A DNA stretch of 64,000 nt from Planktothrix sp. GU0601_MAG3 (GCA_035193785.1 CP136572.1:800001-864000); one strand, 5' to 3'. Counted from the stretch's first letter, positions 35,601 through 47,158 are shown. Notes: generated by a model not told the origin, from the letters alone. Translations and numbers: made by a program.

Positions 35601-35674
35601 TCCTTGCGACTTCCCCCATATTGAATAATTTGATCAACGTTATTATAATATTGACTAATCAAAAGTTTAGACAT
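32663..35674 (-). CDS. Single-chain restriction-modification enzyme: PD-(D/E)XK nuclease, N6-adenine MTase and Type ISP-like C-terminal specificity domain (Type IIG/IIL-like, no helicase)
   Basis: IPDGT...WESKD, GIVYTP, LDPATGTGTF, MGNPPY, RDEWVY and YRLGNRSALEWILDQY. The ORF is intact. Confidence 0.88.
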   Translation of the reverse strand: MSKLLISQYYNNVDQIIQYGGSRKETSIRGAFHNLLNEYCRSKDFILIPELEYKTKKGKTVIPDGTIKDALRLDYGYWESKDQYDNLDLEIEKKLAKGYPDDNILFEDSQTAVLIQGGGEILRVSMRDAEALDNTINAFINYLRPEVRDFRDAISHFQEDLPTILKTLRSLIDQQSTTNKPFQQARDKFLRVCQDSIHPEISLEDIREMMIQHILTEDIFINIFNESQFHRENNIASQLQAVIETFFTGATKRNTLSTIERYYAVIRRIAANIYNHHEKQKFLKAVYENFYKAYNPKAADKLGIVYTPNEIVRFMIESTDYLLHKHFGKILADKDVEILDPATGTGTFITELIEYLPKAQLPYKYEHEIHCNEVAILPYYIANLNIEFTYLQKMGNYAEFHNICLMDTLDHTVFADKQLDLFSMTVENTARIKRQNDRKISVIMGNPPYNAKQENFNQNNANRYYQAVDKRIKDTYIKYGKAQNQIVIYDMYTRFIRWASDRLSHNGIIAFVSNNSFIDALAYDGFRKVIAEEFNEIWIIDTKGNARNSGERRRQEGGNVFSDQIRVGVAIYFLIRNENSQGFKVFYHAFDDYAKAEDKKDFLAKNKLQNIDFIHYKPDENNNWINQTDNNFDSLLPLIDKEVKSGKAETAVFKLFSRGVATQRDEWVYDLSLENLTRKMKYLIGVYQETLKDNDYKDKFSIKWDADLSQYLKRKISKSFSKQQIVKSLYRPYLKQYLYFDKHFNGRTYQWLSLFLNNNTVNYSIAFLALGNPKPFHCLASDTIIDLHLTGDSQCLPLYSYDKEGNPIDNITDWGLTQFQTHYNDKDIKKIDIFHYTYAVLHNPIYRQKYEQNLKRDFPRIPFYDNFPQWVTWGKQLMELHINYETINPYPLTRVNSSETEITNPKPKLKADKIKNEIILDTVTSLTDIPKTAWEYRLGNRSALEWILDQYKEKKPKDETIAKQFNNYRFADYKEQVINLLMRVCTVSIETVKIIQAMETEQH

Positions 35675-35716
35675 AAATCGCCCCTATCCTCAAAACCTAT
35701 TGATCAAAATAGAATC

Positions 35717-35815
35717 ATTTACGCAGAAACCTGGTTTCTGAACGAGAAATCACCGATTTAATCCGCAAAATCAGGGAAAGAAACCCGGTTTCTTTGGTCT
35801 TGTGCGTAAGTCCTG
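35717..35815. mobile_element. MITE-like element, right end TGCGTAAGTCCTG and degenerate left end
   Basis: Internal AGAAACCxGGTTTCT palindromes; an inverted homologue lies at ~52231..52323. Confidence 0.7.
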
Positions 35816-35855
35816 ACTGATATAAAACAGCCAGAATTATTATCCCTATTTCCTA

Positions 35856-35889
35856 TTCCCTGTTCCCTGTTCCCTGTTCCCTGTTCCCT
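35856..35889. repeat. STRR heptamer (TTCCCTG)n
   Basis: Tandem ttccctg units. Confidence 0.8.
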
Positions 35890-35894
35890 ATTCT

Positions 35895-37332
35895 CTATTG
35901 ATTGACTATAAAGAAATTAGGAGTAGTCAAATCTTGAGTTAACTGAATAGAAATGATTTGACCGGGTTGTAAAGTTGTGGGCGAGGGAGACGTCCCAATC
36001 CCAATTCCCGCCCCAGCAATGGCGCCGACTAAAGCCCCAACTCCGGTAAAACCACTAATTAAAAACCCCGCTAAACTCCCCGCACCCGAACCAATTCCCA
36101 CCCGTTCGGGACGGACTTCTAATGACCCTGGAATCCAGTTAGATTGACCTTGAACCGGGATACTGCGACCGTCTAAATTAATCGCTTGAGCAATAAATCG
36201 ACTACCTTTGGCCGTAGTTTCAAACTCTCCGACAATCGGCGTATCCGGCGGCACAATATAATTGCCCAAACTATCAACAATTCCCCCTTGCAATAACAAC
36301 ACATCCTGACGTTCAGAACGGGGGGTTAAACGCACCTGTTCTTCCGTGGGATAAAGTAAAGTTAAAGCGGTTCCGGTCGGCAGCAGAATCGCCGGAGGAC
36401 GAGGATTAAGATAGGATTGCTGCTGTCCTGGGGGCAAAGGTTGACCAAAGGGAACCGCTTGGGGCAGGGATGACGCTTGGTATGAATAATCCTGTGGATA
36501 CGGGTATGAATTGGCTGGGCGAATGGCGGCCACCGGACGGACAATTGAGGTTTCCAGGGACGGGTTTGGGGGTGACGAAACGGCGGGAAAAAGTTGGGCT
36601 TGGCTAGGCTGACTCACCGGAACCCGCACCACTTCTAGGCTGGAGTCTTTTGTCGGTTGGGGGTTGGGTAAAACCGTCTGCCGGGGGTCGTATTGACGGA
36701 CGGAATATTGGGGGGGTTTTGGGGGTTCCGTCGGCCTAACGGTGGTGGTTTGGGTGGCGGTGGCAGTTTCTGCGGGTGGGGGCGGGAGTTGGAGTTGTTT
36801 GGGGTTGGGCGGTCGCAACGCTATTCGGAGGAGTGGCTGGGGGTTCCGGGGGTAGGGTTTGTAGGGTGGGACGCAACACCCAGAGGTTATCAATCCCAAT
36901 TTGCCGTAAATCGAGGGTTTGGGGGTCAACGGTGATACCAGGGGTGAATTCCACCACTAATTGGGCCTGTTGGGGTTTAGCCTGAATTAAACTGACTTGA
37001 CGAACAACGCCCGTCTCGTAGCGTTCGGTAATATTTACTTTAACTTCCGTATTCGGAAGGTCTAAGATTAGGCGCGGTGGCAGGTTATAAACCGATAATT
37101 GGGGCTGATTCCCCGGCGGCAGTTCGACCTCGATAATTCCCGTGTTGGGGTCAATTTTCCAATCTACAACGGCGGCGGCTCGTGCGGTTAGGGGATGGGC
37201 CGTTGCTAGGGCTAGACAGGCGACAACAGTAGAGGTTCTCAACAGCAAACTCCCATACAACGCGGTCACGTCTGAGGCGACGCAGGTTTGTAGCGTTTGC
37301 TTAAATTTTTGTTTGAAGTTTTGCGCTTGCAT
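35895..37332 (-). CDS. AMIN-domain, Pro-rich protein (apparent frameshift, probably near 36767)
   Basis: N-terminal PPRLILDLPNT...VRQVSL...QLVVEF AMIN motif and a C-terminal Gly-rich hydrophobic segment. Confidence 0.7.
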
Positions 37333-37504
37333 GGTTTCTGCGTGAAAACTCTAGTTGATTGATGTTTTATTAGCACATTTAAGGGCAGAATGCAAGTGTT
37401 AAAGTCGTTTTATATCAGTAATAGCCTATGAATTCTGAAGCTCGACCTGGTTTAATACAGGTATCTTATGATTTAAAAAACTGTTAACTATTAACTGTTA
37501 ACTG

Positions 37505-37564
37505 GTACGGGCGGGTTATTTTAGATCTTTTTAATTACCTAAATCTTGATGAACCCGCCCCTAC
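37505..37564. repeat. REP-like hairpin, family A
   Basis: GTACGGGCGGGT...AACCCGCCCCTAC. Confidence 0.75.
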
Positions 37565-37572
37565 AAATGTTA

Positions 37573-37660
37573 ACTGATGACTGGTACAGACGCGCCATGG
37601 CACGTCTCTACACTGATGACTGGTACAGACGCGCCATGGCACGTCTCTACACTGATGACT
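37573..37660. repeat. Two tandem 39-nt REP family B units
   Basis: actgatgactggtacagacgcgccatggcacgtctctac occurs twice. Confidence 0.85.
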
Positions 37661-37662
37661 GA

Positions 37663-38481
37663 TTATGGTCGATACATCCACAGGGGTAAACCACTGGTAG
37701 ATAACTCAAATTCTAGCCAACGGTTAGCGGCAATAATGCTATTTGGGGCTAAACTATTACCAGTCAATTTATTAACAAAAGATTTGGGTTTTTCAAAGGT
37801 GAAACACTGGGTTTTTTTAGGATCAAGTTTCACTAATTCCGCCGCCCAACAGCGAGCATCTTCTTCCGTTCCCAAACGGTCTACTATTCCCAGTTTCACC
37901 GCCTGTTGTCCGGTAAAAATCCGACCATCGGCAAAACTTTTCACGGTTTCGTGACTAAGGTTTCGAGACTCAGCCACGGTTTGCACAAATTGTTGATAAC
38001 TGGTATCAATTAATTCTTGTAAAATTTGCTGTTCGGGTTCGGTTAATTCTCGATCAAAAGACAAAATATCTTTATAGGGCCCAGATTTAATCACCTTAAA
38101 AGATACACCTACTTTTTCTAATAGCCGTTCTATATTATTCCCCCGTAAAATCACCCCAATACTTCCGGTAATTGTTCCGGGGTTAGCCATAATATGTTCG
38201 GCCCCCATCCCAATATAAACGCCACCGGAGGCAGAAATATTACCAAAACTCGCCACAATTTTGACTTTTTTTTGTAACTGTTTCAGAGCACTATAAATCT
38301 CTTGGGAGTCGCCAACGGTTCCCCCGGGGCTATCAATTCTCAATAATAGGGCGGGAAATTTCCGTTCTTCCACGGTTTTTAGGTCTTCTAACACCCGTTT
38401 GCGGGTCTCCGACCCAATGGCGCCATTAATTTCTATGCGGGCGATTTGTTTGCGATAGCTCGGTTTAAATGGCCAAATCAT
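37663..38481 (-). CDS. sppA: Signal peptide peptidase SppA (short S49 form)
   Basis: RIDSPGG, ASGGVY, TGSIGV, KSGPYKD and ADGRIFTG. Confidence 0.92.
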   Translation of the reverse strand: MIWPFKPSYRKQIARIEINGAIGSETRKRVLEDLKTVEERKFPALLLRIDSPGGTVGDSQEIYSALKQLQKKVKIVASFGNISASGGVYIGMGAEHIMANPGTITGSIGVILRGNNIERLLEKVGVSFKVIKSGPYKDILSFDRELTEPEQQILQELIDTSYQQFVQTVAESRNLSHETVKSFADGRIFTGQQAVKLGIVDRLGTEEDARCWAAELVKLDPKKTQCFTFEKPKSFVNKLTGNSLAPNSIIAANRWLEFELSTSGLPLWMYRP

Positions 38482-38570
38482 GGGTAATGACAGAACTGTA
38501 TCAAATTAATAATATGATATAAACGGCTTAATAAAAGTATATAATTTTCATCCCTCCTAACTCAACCTTC

Positions 38571-39674
38571 ATGGAGAAGCGAATGCAGCAACCCCAAACC
38601 CCGGCAAAATTACCCTTTCAACCATTATTGTTAATTGCCCCCTTCTTCTTTTGGGGGACGGCGATGGTGGCGATGAAGGGGCTCCTCCCCCAGACGACAC
38701 CGTTTTTTATGGCGGGAGTTCGGTTAGTGCCCGCAGGGGTTTTGGTCATCTTGGCGGGGATATTGTCGGGACGCCCGCAACCCAAAGGCTGGCAAGCTTG
38801 GCTGTGGATCTCGATATTTGGGTTAGTGGACGCCACCCTATTCCAAGGATTTTTGGCCCAGGGGTTAGTTAGAACCGGGGCCGGGTTAGGATCGGTGATG
38901 ATCGACTCCCAACCCCTCGCCGTAGCAATTTTATCCCTATGGTTATTTCAAGAAACCATTGGATTTTGGGGCTGGTTAGGGTTAGCTATTGGGATTATTG
39001 GAATTAGTTTTATCGGTTTACCCGATGATTGGATTTTAGGGTTAATTAATTCGGAATTATTAATCACTTCTACTGACATTTCCCAACTATTTAATAGTGG
39101 GCAATTATTAATGTTATTAGCGGCCCTCTCTATGGCCGTCGGCACGGTATTAGTCCGGTGGGTTTGTCGCTATGCTGATCCGGTGGTCGGAACTGGATGG
39201 CACATGATTATTGGGGGTTTACCTTTATTTGGGTTATCAGCTATTTCAGAAACTCAACAGTGGCAAAATATTGATCTTTCCGGTTGGGCAGCCATGGGCT
39301 ATTCTACCGTATTTGGCAGTGCCATATCCTACGGATTATTTTTCTATTTTGCATCCAGTGGCAGCCTGACCAGCTTGAGTTCTTTAACATTTCTCACCCC
39401 AGTTTTTGCCCTCCTATTTGGCAATTTCTTTTTACAAGAAGTCCTCAGTCCATTACAATCCATGGGGGTCTTTTTAACCTTAGTTAGTATTTATTTGGTG
39501 AATCAACGGGAAACCTTAGCTGAGAAGTTTAAAATCAAAGGTTATCAGGATTTTACCCCCTCTCAAACAGAAACCAATTTATTACAACCAGCAGAGGTAA
39601 ATCCCCTAGAATTTCCCGTAGAAATTCATGAAGTAGAGACAAGCCAAAACCCATCTTTAAACCCTAAACTGTAA
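38571..39674 (+). CDS. DMT/EamA family transporter
   Basis: PFFFWGTAMVAMK, DSQPL and LTFLTPVFALLFG; about 10 TMs. Confidence 0.88.
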   Translation: MEKRMQQPQTPAKLPFQPLLLIAPFFFWGTAMVAMKGLLPQTTPFFMAGVRLVPAGVLVILAGILSGRPQPKGWQAWLWISIFGLVDATLFQGFLAQGLVRTGAGLGSVMIDSQPLAVAILSLWLFQETIGFWGWLGLAIGIIGISFIGLPDDWILGLINSELLITSTDISQLFNSGQLLMLLAALSMAVGTVLVRWVCRYADPVVGTGWHMIIGGLPLFGLSAISETQQWQNIDLSGWAAMGYSTVFGSAISYGLFFYFASSGSLTSLSSLTFLTPVFALLFGNFFLQEVLSPLQSMGVFLTLVSIYLVNQRETLAEKFKIKGYQDFTPSQTETNLLQPAEVNPLEFPVEIHEVETSQNPSLNPKL

Positions 39675-39692
39675 TTTACTCCAAAATTTCTT

Positions 39693-41515
39693 ATGAAAAT
39701 CGGTGCAAATTATTTAGGCAACAATTGCTGTGAATTTAAAGTTTGGTCACCCTTGCGTGAACGGGTTGCTGTTAAGATTCTATCTCCAGAAGAACGATTA
39801 ATTGATTTAGAAATTGATCCACGGGGATACTGGGGTGCCACGGTTGATAATACCCCCCCAGGAAGTCGTTATTTTTATCAATTAGATGGCAATGTTACCC
39901 ATCCAGATCCCGCTTCCTATTCTCAACCTGATGGGGTTTCATCAAGCCTCGGAAGTAATTGATCAAAATAGCTTTGTTTGGCAGGATCAGGACTGGAAAA
40001 GTATTCCCTTAGATGAATTAATTGTTTATGAACTGCACGTTGGCACGTTTACAACTGAGGGAACATTTACCGCAATTATTCCCCGAATTTCGGAGTTATT
40101 AGAATTAGGAATTAATGCCATTGAATTAATGCCCATTGGTCAGTTTCCTGGCGATCGCAATTGGGGTTATGATGGCACCTATCTCTATGCCCCTCAAAAT
40201 TCCTATGGGGGAGTAGAAGGGTTAAAACAGTTGGTGAATGCCTGTCATCAACAGGGCATGGCGGTGATTTTAGATGTGGTTTATAATCACTTGGGCCCAG
40301 AAGGAAATTATATCGCACAATTCGGCCCCTATTTTACAGAATCCTATCGCACTCCTTGGGGTTCAGCTATTAATTATGACCAAGCCTATTGTCAGGGCGT
40401 GAGGAATTTTATGATTGAAAATGCCCTCTATTGGTTAAGAGAGTTTCATATTGATGCCTTGAGATTGGATGCGGCTGATAATATTTTTGATCTCGGTGCT
40501 AAACATATTTTACAGGAATTAGCTGAACAAGTCAATCAACTTTCTGAACAGCAAGGAAGGAAGTTTTATTTAATGGCTGAAACGGATTTAAACGATGCCA
40601 AATTAATCCGTTCAAAAGCCGTAGGAGGTTATGGTTTAGATGTGCAGTGGTGTGATGATTTTCACCATGCTATTCATACGCTTTTAACGGGTGAAAATAT
40701 TGGGTATTATCAAGATTATGGTCGCTGTGAACAGTTAGCCAAATCCTACCGAGAAGGGTTTATTTATACCTGGGATTATTCCCCTAACCGTAAACGTTTA
40801 CATGGACAGTCGGCCGTAGATTGTCCTCCCGATCATTTTTTGGTTTTTAGTCAAAACCATGACCAAATAGGCAACCGTTTATTAGGGGAAAGGTTAACGG
40901 CTTTAGTCTCTTATGATGCCCTAAAGTTAGCCGCCGCAACGGTTTTATTATCACCCTATATTCCCCTATTATTTATGGGGGAAGAATATGGGGAACCTGC
41001 ACCCTTTCAATATTTTATTAGTCACTCGGATCAGAATTTAATTGAAGCGGTGCGAAAGGGAAGAAAAGAGGAATTTGAGGCATTTCATCTGGCGGGTGAG
41101 ACTCCCGATCCGCAAAGTCAAGAAACCTTTGAACAATGTAAGTTAAATTGGCAATTAAAACGGCAAGGTAAACATCAAGTATTATGGGAATTTTATCAAA
41201 CTTTGATCCAATTGAGGCGGAATATTTTGGCGTTAAAATTGCGCGATCGCACCCATCAAGAAGTTCACGCTATGGAGGAGAATAAATTATTATATTTCCG
41301 CCGTTGGTTTGAAGATAATCAGGTTTTATGTATAATAAATTTTAGCAAAAATCCGGTTTCCTACAGTCCTGATTTAATCGGTAAAACTTGGCAAAAACGC
41401 TTAGATTCTAACGATGAAAAATGGCTAAGTTCCGGGTCAAATTTACCCGAAATATTAACGGAAACTTCAGAACTAACCTTAGTTTCCAGAAAGTTTTGTC
41501 TTGTATGAAACCTAA
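39693..41515 (+). CDS. treZ: Malto-oligosyltrehalose trehalohydrolase (apparent frameshifts near 39937 and 41483)
   Basis: YELHVGTFT, RNWGYDG, DVVYNHLGPEGNY, LRLDA and QNHDQIGNR. Confidence 0.92.
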
Positions 41516-41644
41516 TTTTTGAGGGTTGGATTTTCCCACCCCGATTTTCAAATATTCTGTTACAATTTAAAAAAACATATCTTTAGATAGAGGAATAAAA
41601 CCAAAAATCAAGGATAAATTGCATTAACCATTAATAATTTCCTT

Positions 41645-44451
41645 ATGAGAATTCCTTTAGCTACCTATCGAATTCAGTTCAATGGCGATTTTCCCTTTAA
41701 TCAGGCTAACGAGATTATTGATTACTTGTATGAATTGGGAATTTCCGACCTGTATGCGTCTCCAATTTTTAAAGCTAGAATTGGAAGCACTCACGGCTAT
41801 GATATTGTTGATCAAACTCAATTAAACCCGGAATTGGGAACCCAGGAAGACTTTGATCAATTAATAGAAAAAATCAAAAATCAGGGGATGGGATGGTTAC
41901 AGGATATTGTTCCTAATCACATGGCCTATGATAGTCAAAATAAATATTTAACCGATATATTTCAATATGGTGCTGATTCAGATTATTTAGATTTTTTTGA
42001 TATTAATTGGGAACACCCTCATCCTGACTTTAAAGGTCGAGTTTTAGCTCCCTTATTAGGAGATTTTTATGGAAATTGTTTAGAGAATAGACAACTAACG
42101 ATTTCCTACGGAGAAGAAGGGTTATGTGTCAATTACTATAACCTAAAATTCCCGCTCAAAATTGAATCCTACACCCATTTAGTTAGTTATCGGATTAAGG
42201 AATTAGAAGAACGATTAGGACGCAGACACCCGAATGTGATTAAACTTTTAGGAGTGCTTTATGTCCTCAAAAATATTCCCAATGAAACCTCCAGTCAAGA
42301 TCGGCGATCGCAAGCATTATTTGCCAAAGGATTGCTCTGGGAAACTGTATCAAGAAAACACTGATATTAAAAAAATTATTGATGAAAATATACAATATTT
42401 GAATGGAGAAACCGGAGATTCTGAAAGTTTTAACTTTTTAGATAAACTTCTCTCTGAACAATATTTTAGATTATCCTATTGGAAAGTGGGAGCAGAAGAA
42501 TTAAACTATCGACGCTTCTTTACTGTAAATGAGTTAATTAGTGTCAAGGTGGAAGATGAAAAAGTATTTAATAAAACCCATGATCTAATTTTTAAATTAG
42601 CCAGGTCGGGAAAGTTTACCGGACTTAGAATTGATCATATTGATGGACTTTATAACCCCCTGCAATACCTACAATCCATGCGAGAAAAGTTAGGTAATGT
42701 TTATCTAACCGTCGAGAAAATTTTAGAAATTGAGGAAGACTTACCGAGTTCTTGGCCGATTGAAGGAACCTCCGGTTATGAATTTTTAATTTATGTTAAT
42801 AGTTTATTTTGTCAAAGCAAAAATGAAGATCGGTTTAGCCAAATTTATCGAGATGCAACGGGTTTAGCCGTATCCTTCAAACAACTATTAATTAACAAAA
42901 AACGCTTAATTGCTAATCGTAACTTAGCCGGAGATGCCGATAATTTAGCCCAATTACTCAAGCAAATTGCCGGTCAATATCGTTACGGACGGGACTTAAC
43001 CTTACATGGATTACAAACCGCCATTTTAGAAGTATTAGTCCGCTTTCCCGTCTATCGAACCTATATTAATGAAGGACAAGTCAGTGAAGCCGATCGATAT
43101 TATGTACAGTTCGCAGTTCAAGAAGCCAAAACAAAACACCCTGAACTGATTAACGAACTCAATTTAATTGAAAAGTTTCTATTACTAGAATATGATCCAT
43201 ATTTAAGTGATGAAAATAAAAAAATGTGGCTACATTTTGTGATGAAATTCCAACAGTTTTCCGGGCCATTAACCGCAAAAGGAGTGGAAGATACCCTATT
43301 TTATGTTTATAACCGTTTTGTTTCTTTAAATGAAGTCGGTGGCGCACCTAATCAGTTTGGAATTAGTCCCGATACCCTGCATCAATTTAATAAAAAACGG
43401 GCAAAAAGTTGGCCCCATACCCTAAATACCACCTCCACCCATGATACAAAACGCAGTGAAGATTTACGCGCCCGATTAAACGTTATTTCTGAAATTCCTG
43501 ATGAATGGGAAGCACAAGTTAGAACTTGGATGGCGTTAAACCGAGAACATAAAAGCGGAACTAATGGCTGTGTTATTCCTGATGGGAATGATGAATATTT
43601 CTTGTATCAAAATTTAATTGGTTCCTACCCCTTTAATCAAGTAGAATATCCTAAATTTGTAGAACGGGTCAAACAGTTTGCGATTAAAGCCGTCCGGGAG
43701 GCAAAATTTCATACAGCTTGGTTACGTCCCGACTCGGTTTATGAGGAAGGTTATCTAGCTTTTATTGATAAAATTTTGCACCCTTCCCAGAAACAATAGG
43801 TTTTTACAAGAGTTCGGGAAATTCCAACAAAAAATAGCCTTTTATGGAATATTTAATTCCCTCTCCCAAACCTTAATTAAAATCACTAGCCCGGGTTTAC
43901 CCGACTTTTATCAAGGAACAGAACTCTGGGATTTTAGTTTAGTTGACCCGGATAATCGTCGCCCCGTTGATTATCAAAAACGGATGGAATATCTCAAGGA
44001 AATTAAAACCCGTTCTCAAAAGGATATTTTATCTTTAATTGAGGATTTAAAACAGACCCCTGAAGATGGAAGGATTAAGTTATTTTTAACAACTCAAGGA
44101 TTAGCTATTCGTAAACAATATCTGGAAGTTTATCAACAGGGAACTTACATTCCCTTAGAAGTAACGGGAGACTATGGAGAAAATATTTTAGCCTTTGGTC
44201 GCACCTATGGTCAGACGATTACTATTACCATCGTCCCCCGATTTTTAACAGGTTTAGTCGAACCAAAACAGTTTCCTTTAGGAAATAATATTTGGAAAGA
44301 TACAGCAATTAAATTACCGGAAGATTGGACAAATGATTGGCAAGAAATGATTACAAACCAAGGGATTAAAGGCAGTCATTCCTTAAATATCGGAGATATT
44401 TTAACGGTGTTTCCCGTGGCTTTATTGGGAAGTTTATCTTCAGAGAATTAA
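41645..44451 (+). CDS. treY: Malto-oligosyltrehalose synthase (apparent frameshifts near 42342 and 43791)
   Basis: ATYRIQF, GSTHGYD, DIVPNHM, NYRRFF, LRIDHIDGL, AKGVEDT, THDTKRSED and SLVDPDNRRPVD. Confidence 0.93.
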
Positions 44452-44470
44452 GGGAATGGGTTATAAACTG

Positions 44471-44531
44471 GTACGGGCGTTTTTTTTAAGATCTTTGTTA
44501 ATCACTTAAATCTTGATGAACCCGCCCCTAC
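44471..44531. repeat. REP-like hairpin, family A
   Basis: Similar to the 37505 copy. Confidence 0.7.
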
Positions 44532-44628
44532 AACTGATGATTGATGGGTAATAGTTCTTAGAACTCAAATAGAATTGCTATATAATAGAATAATCAGCAG
44601 TTTGTACTGACAAAATTGAGGTAAATCC

Positions 44629-45700
44629 ATGGGATTATTTGATAATATTTTGGGTCAATTCATTGACGTTATCGAATGGCTTGACTCTACAAATGATACA
44701 ATAATCTACCGTTTTCAGCGCCATAATAACGAAATCAAACAGGGAGCGAAACTAATTGTCCGACCGGGACAACAAGCTATTTTTGTGAATGAGGGTCAAA
44801 TAGCCGATATTTTTCAACCCGGAAACCTACGAACTTTATACAAAAAACTTACCCATTTTAAGTACCCTCAAAGCATGGCCCTATGGGTTTAATTCTCCCT
44901 ATAAAGCGGAAGTTTATTTTGTCAATACCAAAACCTTTACTAACTTAAAATGGGGAACGTCTAACCCCATTCCCATGAGAGATGCAGACTTTGGAGTCGT
45001 GCGGATTCGCGCCTATGGAAACTATAGTATGCGGATTAATGAACCGGGGAATTTATTAAAAACCCTAGTAAGTACAGATGGGTTATTCCAAGTCGATGAA
45101 GTTCAAGATCATCTGCGTAATATTATCATAACAGAGTTTGCATCTTGGTTAGGAAAAGCTCAAATTCCCCTGTTAAATTTTGCTTCCCATTATGCAGATT
45201 TTGGGGAACAAGTGCGCCAAGGAATTCAACCCCAAATGCAAGAAATCGGGGTCGAACTCACCGGATTATATATTGAAAATGTTTCGGTTCCTCCTAGTGT
45301 TGAAGAAGCCATTGATAAACGGTCTTCCATGGGAATTTTAGGCAATCTTCAAGACTATGCCCAATATCAAGCCGCCAATGCTATTGAAGAATCAGCGAAA
45401 AATCCAGGTTCGGGTAACATGGGTTTAGAATTTGGGGTGGGAATGGCAATGGCACAAAAGTTAAATAATACCTTTAATACCCCGGCTTCGGCTCCGGCTT
45501 CGGCCCCTCCTCCCATTATTCAATGGTTTATTGCCCAAAATGGTCAACCCGTCGGGCCATTGACCCCAGACCAACTGCGCCAGCAGGGATTAACACGCGA
45601 TACCCTGGTTTGGCACTCGGGACTCCCCGGTTGGACAGCCGCGGCCCAAATTCCAGAATTAGCCGCAATCTTGCCGCCTCCGCCTCCCCCAGCGTTATGA
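44629..45700 (+). CDS. SPFH/band-7 domain protein with C-terminal GYF_2 domain (YdjI-like; apparent frameshift near 44823)
   Basis: IDVIEW, GAKLIVRPGQQAIFVNEG, KWGTSNP, RIRAYGNYS, WF...GQPVGP and LVWHSGLPGW. Confidence 0.82.
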
Positions 45701-45713
45701 CCTAAAACAGTTT

Positions 45714-46889
45714 ATGAACACCCCGGCATCAATCCAAAATTTTCCCTGTCCGAGTTGTGGTGCACCGATGGAGTTTAACCCGGTGGGGGGAAAACTCCAA
45801 TGTAGTTATTGTGGGTCGATGGAGGAAATTCCAGAGACGGGCACAGGGGTGCAGGAACGCTCCTATACCGATTCTTTGCGTTGGGACTCTACCCCGATTG
45901 CGAGCTTATCGACAACGGCCTTAGAGGTCAAATGTACCGGGTGTGGGGCTAATATTTTGTTTGAACCCCCCTCGGTAGCCAAGAATTGTCCGTTTTGTAG
46001 TACCGCTTTAATTACCCAACCGCAAGCGGCTAATCCCACCGTGATTCCCGAGGGAATTATTCCATTTCAAATCACGGGAAAACAGGCGCGACATGAAATT
46101 CAAAAGTGGATTAAAAGTCGCTGGTTTGCCCCGTCTGCTTTGAAATACTTGGCACAACAGGAAAAAATTCATGGGATTTATTTGCCCTTTTGGACTTACG
46201 ATGCTGACACCACCAGTGACTATCGGGGGGAACGGGGAGACTATTATTATGTCACGGAAACCTACAGGGTTACGGTTACAGATTCCGAGGGAAAACAACA
46301 GGAGGAAGAACGCACCCGGGAGGTGAGACATACCCGATGGTGTCCGGCATCTGGGCGGGTAAATCGCTGGTTTGATGATATTTTAGTAGCGGCTACAAAA
46401 TCAGTGGATACTGCCTATTTAAACGGCCTAGAACCTTGGGATTTACAACCATCTTTAAGACCCTATAATGCTTCTTATTTAGCAGGATTTGAAGCCCAAC
46501 GTCCCCAAATAGGTTTAAAGGAGGGATTTGAACAGGCCAAGCAGATTATGGCGGGTCAAATTCATCAAGATGTGTGCTGTAATATTGGTGGCGATGAACA
46601 AAAAGTTGATCATATTTCAACTCGATATGAAGATATTGCTTTTAAACCAATTTTGCTTCCCGTTTGGCTCTGTTCCTATAATTATCGAAATCAAAAATAT
46701 CAAGTTTTAGTCAATGCTCGCACGGGGGAAGTACAAGGAGAACGTCCCTACAGTCAGTTAAAAATTGCTGCTGCGATGATTACAGGAATGGTAACGGCAA
46801 CCGCAATTATTTTAGCCTTTACAGTGGATTGGAGTCAGGTTAAAATTCCCCATTTTATCCAACATCAACCCACTCAAAACACTCAATAA
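45714..46889 (+). CDS. Double zinc-ribbon membrane protein (YdjG-like)
   Basis: CPSCG, CSYCG, CTGCG, CPFC, YLPFWTYD, LLPVW, VNARTGEVQGERP and a C-terminal TM. Confidence 0.78.
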   Translation: MNTPASIQNFPCPSCGAPMEFNPVGGKLQCSYCGSMEEIPETGTGVQERSYTDSLRWDSTPIASLSTTALEVKCTGCGANILFEPPSVAKNCPFCSTALITQPQAANPTVIPEGIIPFQITGKQARHEIQKWIKSRWFAPSALKYLAQQEKIHGIYLPFWTYDADTTSDYRGERGDYYYVTETYRVTVTDSEGKQQEEERTREVRHTRWCPASGRVNRWFDDILVAATKSVDTAYLNGLEPWDLQPSLRPYNASYLAGFEAQRPQIGLKEGFEQAKQIMAGQIHQDVCCNIGGDEQKVDHISTRYEDIAFKPILLPVWLCSYNYRNQKYQVLVNARTGEVQGERPYSQLKIAAAMITGMVTATAIILAFTVDWSQVKIPHFIQHQPTQNTQ

Positions 46890-46892
46890 TAG

Positions 46893-46926
46893 GTAATGGG
46901 TAATGGGTAATGGGTAATGGGTAATA
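46893..46926. repeat. STRR heptamer (TAATGGG)n
   Basis: Tandem gtaatgg units. Confidence 0.8.
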
Positions 46927-46969
46927 ACAAGAGTTTGCCTCCCCGGCTCCCCCGGCTCCCCCCGCTCCC

Positions 46970-47132
46970 CAGGGCTGTTTCATTCTCAGGGAAACCAGGG
47001 TTTTGTAGGGGTAGTGCCCCCGTGCCTACCCTCCCCATCCAAGATTTGCAGGCGTTTCAGGGATTGGGGCAACCACGGGGGGATTGGGGCAACCACGGGG
47101 GGATTGCCCCTACAAAGAATGAAACAGCCCTG
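46970..47132. mobile_element. MITE with TIR CAGGGCTGTTTCATTCT (second copy, inverted, with internal duplication)
   Basis: Homologous to 15654..15797; ggattggggcaaccacgggg is duplicated. Confidence 0.8.
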
Positions 47133-47158
47133 CCCGCCTCCCCCGCTCCCCCATTCCC

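Noticed and set aside
37577..37954. ORF starting MTGTDAPWHVSTL twice
   Set aside because: It is a REP tandem translation running antisense to sppA.
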